A DNA stretch of 64,000 nt from Vulcanimicrobiota bacterium. GTDB taxonomy: Bacteria; Vulcanimicrobiota; Xenobia; Xenobiales; JADMJV01. Within the stretch, counting starts at the first letter, position 1. Every line of letters begins with the position of its first letter. A program made the position numbers and the translations under genes. Location: assembly GCA_023447635.1 (NCBI GenBank), contig JAEXNA010000219.1, positions 27,678 to 91,677 of the forward strand. The letters are read 5' to 3'. Positions 44,727 to 52,891 of this stretch are shown here, piece after piece. Below the pieces are notes generated by a model, which saw only the letters and a program-made list of their open reading frames with translations, searched no databases and was not told the DNA's origin.

Positions 44727-46082
44727 ATGACCTTCATGGAGCGCCTTCGCTCGCCGCGCCTGGCCCATCTCCTGGACTTTGGCCTGGTTCTCGGCGGAAC
44801 CGCCTTCGCCACCGGCGCGGGGTTCCTGATCAAGGTGTTCCTTGGTCGACTGCTGGGGGCGGACAAACTGGGGATCTTCGGCGCCTGCTACGCCTTCCTT
44901 ACCGTCGTTTCGGTATTGGCCGACCTGGGAGTCCGCTACAGCCTGGTCAACCTGGCTTCCCGGGAGGACGGAGGCCACTCCGAACGAGCCAAGCGACTGG
45001 TGGTCGGGGGGCTGTTCCTGAAGCTCCTGGGCAGTTTCCTAGTCGCCCTGACCGGCTGGCTTTTGGGTCCAGCTATCGCGGTAAGCCTGCTGCATAAGCC
45101 GGAACTGGCTCCCTACCTGCAGATCACTTCGATCGGTGTGTGTATCTGGGCGCTCTGGGACGGTCTGGAAGGCTCGCTGCACGTGCGGCAAAAGTTCTCC
45201 TGGGGCGCCGCCTGCCGTATCCTGTTCGAAGGGACCCGGCTACTGTCGTTCGCGACCCTATGGGCCTATCAGGGCGGAAGCTACCTAACCCTGGACCGCT
45301 ACATGTGGCTGTACTTTCTGGCCCCGGTGCTGTCGCTGGCGGTGGGCGCGCTGATGCTCAACAAGCTTTATCATCCCGGCGAACACCGGGAGCCGCTCCT
45401 TCAGCGAACCGAACTCGTCGAACTGGTCCGCTTCTCTCGCGGCATCTTCTTTTTCCGCTCGGCTTCGGGCACCCTGATGTTCCTGGACTCGCTGATGCTG
45501 ACCCGCTACGGCCAACTGACCGAGGTAGGACTTTACGAGGCCGCCAAAGGGCTGGCCTTCGCGCTTTTGCTGGTCAGCGAGTCGCTGCAGATGGTGCTGC
45601 TACCCAAGGTCAACCAGATCAAGACCCTGGTCGAGATCAAGACCCTGGTCAAACGAAGCGGGCGCTACTTTGCCGTCCTGTTCCTGTCAGCCATGCTGTG
45701 GATGGTGATGGCCGCCCCGTTCCTGGGGCTGTTCGGTGAGGCGTTTGCCGAACCCGAAGTCGCGCAAACTTTCTACTTGATGGTAGCGGTCACGCTGTTC
45801 ACCATCCCCTCGGCCATTTTCAGCACCGTACTGCTGACCCTGGATAAGCCGATCACGTTGGGCTGCATCGCCTTGAGCCAGGTCGTGCTGGGGCTGTTCA
45901 TCTACCCCCACACTATCACCGCCGGCGGACCGATCGGAACCGCCTCGACGGCGCTTGGGCTGCAGATCTACGGAGCCTGCGCCTACGCCCTGGCGTTGCG
46001 CAACGAAGTCCGAGGGCGAGAGCGGCAGGGCCGAGAGCGAACGGGGAGCGACGACGCCCCCCGCTCGCCAGACAAAGCCTAG
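44727..46082 (+). CDS. Wzx-like polysaccharide/oligosaccharide flippase (MOP/PST family)
   Basis: 451 aa, ~12-14 TM helices. Typical PST-family layout, N-terminal GLVLGGTAFATGAGFLIKVFLGRLLGADKLGIFGACYAFLTVVSVLADLG. Confidence 0.7.
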   Translation: MTFMERLRSPRLAHLLDFGLVLGGTAFATGAGFLIKVFLGRLLGADKLGIFGACYAFLTVVSVLADLGVRYSLVNLASREDGGHSERAKRLVVGGLFLKLLGSFLVALTGWLLGPAIAVSLLHKPELAPYLQITSIGVCIWALWDGLEGSLHVRQKFSWGAACRILFEGTRLLSFATLWAYQGGSYLTLDRYMWLYFLAPVLSLAVGALMLNKLYHPGEHREPLLQRTELVELVRFSRGIFFFRSASGTLMFLDSLMLTRYGQLTEVGLYEAAKGLAFALLLVSESLQMVLLPKVNQIKTLVEIKTLVKRSGRYFAVLFLSAMLWMVMAAPFLGLFGEAFAEPEVAQTFYLMVAVTLFTIPSAIFSTVLLTLDKPITLGCIALSQVVLGLFIYPHTITAGGPIGTASTALGLQIYGACAYALALRNEVRGRERQGRERTGSDDAPRSPDKA

Positions 46083-46084
46083 CT

Positions 46085-46525
46085 CTAGCTCTCTTCGTAG
46101 AGGTCGAGGCTGTCGATCAGCGCCTGCAGGTCGGCCGGGCTTAGCCCCACACCACGGAAGGCGTGATAGTAAGCGGCGCCTTCTTCTTCCGGGAACCAGT
46201 CGCTGGCCACTTCGGCTCGTTCGTCCTCGCGAAAGCTGTGCAGGATGAACTGGCCAAAGGCCGGATGCTCGACCACTTTTTGCATGTGGTCGGTCTCGCC
46301 CGGGATAGTGTCGCCCAGTCCGCCGTCCGTCGTCATCACCGACCAACGAGCGTCCTCGGGGCCTTGAAATGGGATCTCGACCGAGGTGTCTCCGTCGTCG
46401 ATGTCGTGGTAGGTCTCGAAAGGCTGGAGGCTCCAGCCGGGGGGCAGCTGCTGAGGTAAGGCGACAGGAAAAGGGAGCTGCCGAAGCTGCTCCCTTGCTC
46501 CGTCGCTGAGATAACTAAAACTCAT
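46085..46525 (-). CDS. hypothetical acidic protein (possible immunity/partner of the upstream CHAP-like protein)
   Basis: 146-aa ORF, 24 bp downstream of the Met-rich/CHAP-like gene on the same strand. No motif recognised. Confidence 0.45.
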   Translation of the reverse strand: MSFSYLSDGAREQLRQLPFPVALPQQLPPGWSLQPFETYHDIDDGDTSVEIPFQGPEDARWSVMTTDGGLGDTIPGETDHMQKVVEHPAFGQFILHSFREDERAEVASDWFPEEEGAAYYHAFRGVGLSPADLQALIDSLDLYEES

Positions 46526-46549
46526 AGCGACGTTCTTTGTGAAATCTCT

Positions 46550-47338
46550 TTACCGTCCCTGGGCACCAGGGGTGTCTTTAGGGATAAACACGCGGTAGCG
46601 CGGACCGTAGTTGGTCATCTGGTTGCGAGGCTTGTCGGAGAACTCGTGCCCGTTGCCGTCAGCGATCGAGATGTGACCGTGCTGCTTGCCGCCGCGTCCA
46701 CGGTTGGACGGATCGCGGTCCCACACGACGACGGCGCCGGCCGGCAGGCTACGCAGCTGGTCGCGGCTGACCCGCACTTCGCGGAAGCGGGGGTTGTTGG
46801 CCAGCTGATCGGCGGCCTGATAGGCCGATCCGCCCTGAAGGTTGACGCCGACCTGACGCAGGTGGTGCTTTACGCCGCGGTAGCAGTAGCCGGGGCAGCA
46901 GCCGGGGGGCACGGGAGAGTTGCGCATCGACTGGAGCAGACGCTGTCCGGTGGGACCAGCGCCGCGCATCGAACCGATATCGGTCATCGGGCCGTTGGAC
47001 ATCGGCCAGCTTCCACCGAATCCGCCACCGCCCATATCGTAACCGCCGCCTCCGGGGAAGGGCATAGGCATCGGCATCGGCATCATTCCGGGCATGCTGG
47101 GCATCCCCATACCGAAACCCTGGCCCATGCCCTGTCCACATCCGCAGTTCCCGGCGTGGTCCATGCCGTTAGGCATCACGCCGCCCATGCCGTTCATTCC
47201 GCCCATCATCATCTGCATCATTTGCATCATCTGCATCATCTGCATCATCATGAACATACTGCTCATCATGTTGCCGCCGCCGCCCATCATCATGGGGCCG
47301 GCCATCATCATCATGGGGTTGAACTGCATAGCTGCCAT
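46550..47338 (-). CDS. Met/Gly/Pro-rich low-complexity protein with Cys-rich segment and C-terminal CHAP/NlpC-like domain
   Basis: N-terminal 130 aa are ~35% Met (MMQMMQMMQMMQMMMGG, MPMPMPMPFPGGGG). Then CGCGQG...CCPGYCYRGVKHHL, LPAGAVVVWDRDP and GHISIADGNGHEFSD. This spacing is like the Cys...hydrophobic strand...GH(V/I)xI of CHAP amidases. No signal peptide. Confidence 0.55.
   Translation of the reverse strand: MAAMQFNPMMMMAGPMMMGGGGNMMSSMFMMMQMMQMMQMMQMMMGGMNGMGGVMPNGMDHAGNCGCGQGMGQGFGMGMPSMPGMMPMPMPMPFPGGGGYDMGGGGFGGSWPMSNGPMTDIGSMRGAGPTGQRLLQSMRNSPVPPGCCPGYCYRGVKHHLRQVGVNLQGGSAYQAADQLANNPRFREVRVSRDQLRSLPAGAVVVWDRDPSNRGRGGKQHGHISIADGNGHEFSDKPRNQMTNYGPRYRVFIPKDTPGAQGR
47205..47250 (-). 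repeat. tandem 9-bp repeat (CATCATCTG)n encoding (MMQ)n
   Basis: Plus strand reads catcatcatctgcatcatttgcatcatctgcatcatctgcatcatcat, ~5 units with one variant (TTG). Confidence 0.8.
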
Positions 47339-47422
47339 GGAACGCTCCTCGAGGAATCTTTTAGTCTGTCGTACAGTGGTGTAGTCTGGTGATTATAGCT
47401 TATCTCCCACCTGTGTCGCATC

Positions 47423-48757
47423 ATGACAAGGGGTCTCGTCAAAGTTTTCGAAAAAATGTTTACAAGCATGCTCCACGACCGCGCCAACGCCTTTGCCGTC
47501 AAGGATTTCGCCTCCGAGATCAAGCAGATCGACCAACTGCTCGAACACCTCGAGGACGGAACCGGGACGGCCTATCTGCAACCTCTGTTCGAAGAGATCG
47601 ACCATATCTTGGGTCAGCTCTATGCGATCTACCTCAACGAGCTTCAGTTTCTGGCTGCCGGAGAGCCGCAGAACGTCGCGGCCAATCAGATCGCTCGCGA
47701 CTTCACCGAAGTGCGACCAGTGATCGCGCAGCTCCGCAACGAGCTAAGCTTGGGCGAAGGCGACCGCTGCCTGGACACGACGCGAGAGCTCAAGACCGTG
47801 GTTGGTCGACTTTTCGGCTCTTTCGCCGATCTGCGCTCCCAGGCCCAGCAAGGGCCTCGCTATTCCGAGCTTCCGTTCACTCAGGAGCTGCTGCGGGTGG
47901 TGCACCACTACCTGGACGGCAACCTGGGCGTCAACGCGGTACAAGAGCGACTGGACGCTTTCTGTAACTATCACGACAACCTGGAACTGTCGTTCGAGCA
48001 GATGATCCCGACCGACGCCGAGGCGCCCATCCTGGAAGCCCGGCAAGAGGATCTGGAAGAGGCGCTGGCGCTGCAGTTGCAAGGGATCGAAGACCTGGAT
48101 GTCGCCCTCGAGCGACGCTCGGACAAAGCCGTGATCAAGGCCGCCGAAGCGCTGAAAGTGGCAGCGGAAACTCTGCACGAAATCTATCTGGAACTCCAGG
48201 CCGCCGAAAACGAGCCCGACACCGTCTCTTGCTTCCGCTGCGGGGCCAGCAACCGGGCGGACCAGCGACTTTGTTCCGGCTGCGGCGCGGTGCTCCCCCG
48301 CTTCGACGCCAGTGACAAGCGGGCCCCTTCTATCGAGATCAAAGAAGGCACCGCCCCCAGCGCCGCCGGCAAGCCCGATGAGCTTCTCAAGCTAGAGCGG
48401 GCTGTCGAAGTTGCGCTTCGCAACGGCGATAACGCTTCATTGCACGACGCTTTAGACGGATTCGAAAGCCGCCTCAAAGGGGTCGAGAAACGGCTGGGAG
48501 GGCTCAAAGAGCCGCCTTCGGACATCCCCGCCGACCATCTGGATCTGCTGCGCGAAGGACGCTCTCGTTTCGAGGAGGCGGTCGAGATGCTGGCGGAAGG
48601 TCACGCTATCCTGCGCGATGGAGCCGACGGGCTGGACGCCAACACCTTACGTCGAGGTCTCGACGAAATCGAGGCGGGGTATCAATCGCTGTTCGACTTT
48701 GGCGAACTGTACGAGCAGGCGGAAAAGGTCTCGCCCCCCGTAGGTAAGCGGACCTAA
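47423..48757 (+). CDS. hypothetical helical protein with internal zinc-ribbon (CxxC...CxxC)
   Basis: 444-aa ORF. Mostly predicted helical/coiled. CFRCGASNRADQRLCSGCG zinc ribbon near residue 285. Confidence 0.55.
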   Translation: MTRGLVKVFEKMFTSMLHDRANAFAVKDFASEIKQIDQLLEHLEDGTGTAYLQPLFEEIDHILGQLYAIYLNELQFLAAGEPQNVAANQIARDFTEVRPVIAQLRNELSLGEGDRCLDTTRELKTVVGRLFGSFADLRSQAQQGPRYSELPFTQELLRVVHHYLDGNLGVNAVQERLDAFCNYHDNLELSFEQMIPTDAEAPILEARQEDLEEALALQLQGIEDLDVALERRSDKAVIKAAEALKVAAETLHEIYLELQAAENEPDTVSCFRCGASNRADQRLCSGCGAVLPRFDASDKRAPSIEIKEGTAPSAAGKPDELLKLERAVEVALRNGDNASLHDALDGFESRLKGVEKRLGGLKEPPSDIPADHLDLLREGRSRFEEAVEMLAEGHAILRDGADGLDANTLRRGLDEIEAGYQSLFDFGELYEQAEKVSPPVGKRT

Positions 48758-48777
48758 CAGGCAACACGAACGCCGTA

Positions 48778-49770
48778 CTACCGGTCGCTGGCTGTCCAGG
48801 TTCGCCCGTTGGCAGGCGTCGGTTCTTTATCGAGACGCAGCACCACGCTAACCGGGTCGTGGTCGCTGGTGGGCCGGCCAGCGTTTTGCCAGACACGAGG
48901 GTCTTCCATTCGGGGAACGGCGTCCCGGCTGACCAGAATGTGGTCGAGCGCCGAAGCGCCTCGACGGGAACGGTGAGTCGCCCGCATCGCTTCGGGCCAG
49001 TCCGCGTAGATGTCCGTGTAGGCGTTCATCAGCGGCTCCAGCGACCAGCTTTCCGGTCGGTCGTTGAGGTCTCCCATGACTACCTCGACCCCGTTGGGCA
49101 GTTCGCGGGCCGTCGTTTCGGCGATTTCGACCACGGCCTGGGCTTGCACTCGTCGCTTGGCCGCCGACGACTTCTTGCTGCCCAACTGGCTCTTGAAGTG
49201 GTTCACGAAAAGCGTGGTGGGCGGCGAGGTGGCCAGTCGCACCTCGAGACAGTCGCGGGAGAACTTGTAGTTACGGGAGACCCCTGGCGCGTCCGGCAGG
49301 TCGTGGTCTTTGTGACTGATCACCGAAGCGACGGGGAGTCGGCTAAGAAACGCTACGTCGATGCCGCGGTCCCGGTCGTTGCCCTCGATTAACCCGAACT
49401 GGGGGTAGGGCTTATCGAGGGCAGCGTTGAGGGCCCGCAGGCAGTCGATGTTCTCGACCTCGACCAGGCCCACGAAGTCCGCATCGAGTCCTGCCAGCAC
49501 TCCGGCCACCTCTTTCACCTTCTTGTCGTACTGGGCCCGGGTCAACACGGTGTCGTTTCCGGGGTGGTCCACGTCATCAAAAAAGTTGGCCACGTTCCAG
49601 GCCGCCAGTCGAACGGGCGCCTTCTTCCCCGCTGGCGCGGCTTGGCGCGGTGAACCGTCGGCGACCGGCGACCGACTCTCCCTGGCCAACGGCGGCGGCG
49701 AAGCCGGGACAGCGCAGGCCAGCAGACCGAGCAGAGCAGCAAGAAAAAAGGCACGGACGGAGAGTCTCAT
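48778..49770 (-). CDS. secreted endonuclease/exonuclease/phosphatase (EEP) family protein
   Basis: Signal peptide MRLSVRAFFLAALLGLLACA. EEP motifs AAWNVANFF, VGLVEVEN, GDLNDRPES, SDHDPVSVVL. Confidence 0.75.
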   Translation of the reverse strand: MRLSVRAFFLAALLGLLACAVPASPPPLARESRSPVADGSPRQAAPAGKKAPVRLAAWNVANFFDDVDHPGNDTVLTRAQYDKKVKEVAGVLAGLDADFVGLVEVENIDCLRALNAALDKPYPQFGLIEGNDRDRGIDVAFLSRLPVASVISHKDHDLPDAPGVSRNYKFSRDCLEVRLATSPPTTLFVNHFKSQLGSKKSSAAKRRVQAQAVVEIAETTARELPNGVEVVMGDLNDRPESWSLEPLMNAYTDIYADWPEAMRATHRSRRGASALDHILVSRDAVPRMEDPRVWQNAGRPTSDHDPVSVVLRLDKEPTPANGRTWTASDR

Positions 49771-49848
49771 GCCTTCAGTTTACACCTGCTCCCCGGATTC
49801 TCCGGCGAACAGCGGGTTAAACTTTTGTTGCTCGGGTCTATTCCGAAC

Positions 49849-51549
49849 TTAGGAGCGGACCAGTTCGGCCCGGGGGAAGGCCGAGTTGGCATCGGTGACC
49901 CGAAGTTCGACCAGGTCGCCGACCCGGTCGCCCAGGTTGATCGCCTCGACCAGGTTGCCCGCAATCACGGCCAGGGCGCTGCGCGAGTTGGTGCCGAAGC
50001 CCTCTTGCAGATAGACGCGTTCCCGCTGCCCCTGGTTCAGCTTCTCTACCCGTCGAGCCATGTCTTTACGACGGCCGAACTTGACGGTGTAGTCCTCTTG
50101 ATGCAGGTCCTCGTCGACGCGCACGAAGATGGGCAGACGGATCTGCTGAGACAGAGCGTCCAGTTCTTCCCCGTCGATGCCGAGGAACTCCATCCCGACG
50201 CGAGGGTGCATCTGGGCAAACACGGCCTCTTCCTGAGAGTTGGAAGCGCGGCGCAGAATCTCGCGGCGGATGCGAAGAGCCACGGTTTTCGGCGACAGCA
50301 GACGACCGCGACCCGAGCAGTAAGGACACTCCTCACGCAGAACCAGGTCAAGGTCTTTGCCCTCGCGCTTGCGGGTCAACTGAACCAGACCAAGTTCGGT
50401 CATACCGACCAGATGAGTCCTGGTGCGGTCCTTCTTTAGCTCCTCGACCAGATGGGACAGGAGTTTACGGCGGTCGCTGGTCGACTCCATGTCGATAAAG
50501 TCGACGATGATGATGCCGCCGATGTCGCGCAAGCGCAACTGGCGACAGATCTCGCCCACCGCCTCGAGATTGGTCTTGAGAATGGTGTCAGCCAGCGACG
50601 CGGTCTTACCGGTGTATTTTCCGGTGTTGACGTCGATGGCCCAGAGCGCCTCGGTGCGGTCGATGATCAGATAGCCGCCCGACTCGAGCCAGACCTTGCG
50701 ATCCAGCGCCTGCTCGATCTCCTGGTCGATGCCGTGGAATTCGAACAGCGGAACGTTATGGCTGTAGTGGAAGACGCGCTCGAGCAGTCGGGGGGCGGTG
50801 GCTTCGAGTCGCTCGACCACCTTGGCGTACTCTTCGGCGTTGTCAATGATCAGACGGTTGACGTCGCTGTGCAGGATATCGCGCAGGATCTTGTCGATCA
50901 GCGCCAACTCTTGATGGACGATAGCGGGAGCGCGACGGCGCTTGGAAGCCTTCTGCACCCGCTGCCACGATTTGACCAGGAAGCTCAGTTCGGCTTCCAA
51001 CTCTTCGAAAGAGCGTCCGGTGGCCGAGGTGCGGAGAATCAAGCCCATTCCTTCCGGTTTGATCTTGTCGGCGATCTGGCGCAAGCGCGAACGTTCGCCT
51101 TCGTCCTCGATGCGGCGAGAGACGCCGGTGTAGTTAGCGGCGGGAATCAAGACCAGATAGCGACCCGGCATCGTCACGAAGGTGGTGATGCGGGCGCCCT
51201 TGGTGCCCACCGCCTCCTTGACCACCTGGACCAGCACTTCCTGATCGACTTTGATCATGTCGCTAATGTTGGCTTTACGCAGGCTGGCGGAGGCCTCTTC
51301 TCCCAGATGGGCGGCAGCGTCGTCGGCGCACAGAAATCCGTTACGCTCTAACCCGATGTCCACAAAGGCGGCGTTCATGCCCGGCAGCACGTTGGCGACC
51401 CGACCTTTATAGATCGAACCGACCTGGCGCTCTTCGCGGGCGATGAGGAACTCCGAAAGGACTCCGTCTTCCAGAACGGCGGCGCGGCCTTCGCGCTCGT
51501 CCCGGGTAATAAGAATTTCTTTAAACATACCGGCGCCGAATTCTCCCAC
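49849..51549 (-). CDS. rng: ribonuclease G/E family (Rne/Rng catalytic domain only)
   Basis: S1 domain VGSIYKGRVANVLPGMNAAFVDIGLERNGFL is closely like E. coli RNase G VGNIYKGRVSRVLPGMQAAFVDIGL. 566 aa with no long C-terminal scaffold. Confidence 0.85.
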   Translation of the reverse strand: MGEFGAGMFKEILITRDEREGRAAVLEDGVLSEFLIAREERQVGSIYKGRVANVLPGMNAAFVDIGLERNGFLCADDAAAHLGEEASASLRKANISDMIKVDQEVLVQVVKEAVGTKGARITTFVTMPGRYLVLIPAANYTGVSRRIEDEGERSRLRQIADKIKPEGMGLILRTSATGRSFEELEAELSFLVKSWQRVQKASKRRRAPAIVHQELALIDKILRDILHSDVNRLIIDNAEEYAKVVERLEATAPRLLERVFHYSHNVPLFEFHGIDQEIEQALDRKVWLESGGYLIIDRTEALWAIDVNTGKYTGKTASLADTILKTNLEAVGEICRQLRLRDIGGIIIVDFIDMESTSDRRKLLSHLVEELKKDRTRTHLVGMTELGLVQLTRKREGKDLDLVLREECPYCSGRGRLLSPKTVALRIRREILRRASNSQEEAVFAQMHPRVGMEFLGIDGEELDALSQQIRLPIFVRVDEDLHQEDYTVKFGRRKDMARRVEKLNQGQRERVYLQEGFGTNSRSALAVIAGNLVEAINLGDRVGDLVELRVTDANSAFPRAELVRS

Positions 51550-51656
51550 CCCGACCAGAGTTCCTGGCCCCTCCCCCTGCCCTGAGCCAGGACGAGGGGG
51601 GAAGCGCGAAATCCCCCTCTGGGGGGAAACCGTAGGGGGGCGAAGAACCCTCGGGA

Positions 51657-52688
51657 ATGACCCTGAGTGTGCGTCTGGGATGGGGGGGGACCCAAAGGGC
51701 GGCGGCGGCCGCCATGCTGTTATGTGGACTGTCCGGTTGCACCGGCTCTCCCCTCGCCTCCCCCGACATCAGTTCTACCCCTGTAGCCACCCCGATCGTG
51801 GTCAACAGCACCCCGGCCTCGGCCACTCCCACCCCTCCCCGAGGGGAAGACCCCAAGACAGCGGAGACCCGACGGAAAGCCGTTCGAGCGATCATTGAAA
51901 AGGCCAGGGCCGCCTATCCGGGGCACACCGCCGTGATTTTTTCCGACCTGGATAAGGACACCCGGGTCGAGTTCGAACCCGAGGCCAGGTTTGAATCCGC
52001 CTCCCTGGTCAAACTCCCGATCCTGGCGGAACTGTACCGCCAGTTCGAGATGGGCGAGCACACCCCTGAGGAGACCCTGGTCCTGCTGGAAAGTCAGAAA
52101 AAGGGCGGTTCTGGCAAACTCAAGGACGCCCCGGAAGGCTCCCAGCACACCCTGGCTGCCCTGGGCGAAGCGATGGTCACGGAAAGTGACAACACCGCGA
52201 CCCAGATGCTGACCGATCTTCTGAGCAAGGAGAAGGTCCAGACCGGGGCGACGGCCATGGGAATGAAGGGCACGACGGTACAGCGCGATATCTTCGACTT
52301 CGAAGCGATCGACGCGGGCAAGGATAACTATATCACCGCTAAAGACGCGGCGCTGTTCCTGGAGCAGTTGGCCCGCCAAGAGCTTCCCGGATCGCCGGCG
52401 ATGAGCGAGATTCTCGAGCGCCAGAAGCGCAAAGACATGATCGGCAAGGGGTTCCCTGCCGAGGTCCGAGTTGCCCATAAGACCGGCGAACTCGACGGCA
52501 TTCTGCACGACGCCGGTATCGTCTACGCCCCTCGAGGGAACTTCATCCTGGTCTGTCTCAGCGATCAGGTCTCGGACAAAGAGGCGGCCAAGAAAGTCTG
52601 GTCCGCGATGGCCTCGGACCTGCTAAAACTTTACTCTCAACCGGCGACGCCAGCAACTCCAACCCCTTCCCCCTCTTCCGCCTCCTGA
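51657..52688 (+). CDS. class A beta-lactamase-like serine hydrolase, probable lipoprotein
   Basis: Lipobox LLCGLSGC. SxxK (SLVK), SDN (ESDNTATQML) and KTG (AHKTGEL) motifs. P/T/A-rich C-terminal tail. Confidence 0.7.
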   Translation: MTLSVRLGWGGTQRAAAAAMLLCGLSGCTGSPLASPDISSTPVATPIVVNSTPASATPTPPRGEDPKTAETRRKAVRAIIEKARAAYPGHTAVIFSDLDKDTRVEFEPEARFESASLVKLPILAELYRQFEMGEHTPEETLVLLESQKKGGSGKLKDAPEGSQHTLAALGEAMVTESDNTATQMLTDLLSKEKVQTGATAMGMKGTTVQRDIFDFEAIDAGKDNYITAKDAALFLEQLARQELPGSPAMSEILERQKRKDMIGKGFPAEVRVAHKTGELDGILHDAGIVYAPRGNFILVCLSDQVSDKEAAKKVWSAMASDLLKLYSQPATPATPTPSPSSAS

Positions 52689-52891
52689 GGCGTCCTCTCC
52701 CCTATCCTCTACTCCCCTCGGATGGGCCCTGCCCAAAGTCCTGGAGGGGGTGCCGAGGGATATCCCGTGATAGCCTGCAGGGGTGGAGAGGAGGGCCCTA
52801 CGGTGGTTCTTTGGCAGAAAAAACGCAAATCCAGGGGGCTTCTCGCTATCCTGACCAAGAGTAGGACCATGTTGCCTACGAGGAAGCCCGC

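Noticed and set aside
46550-47338. Possibility that the Met-rich ORF is a spurious reading of a low-complexity repeat
   Set aside because: Considered because of the extreme composition. However, the ORF is long (262 aa), sits in a sensible operon position with a downstream partner, and ends in a non-repetitive domain with CHAP-like motif spacing. Kept as a real, if odd, CDS with moderate confidence.
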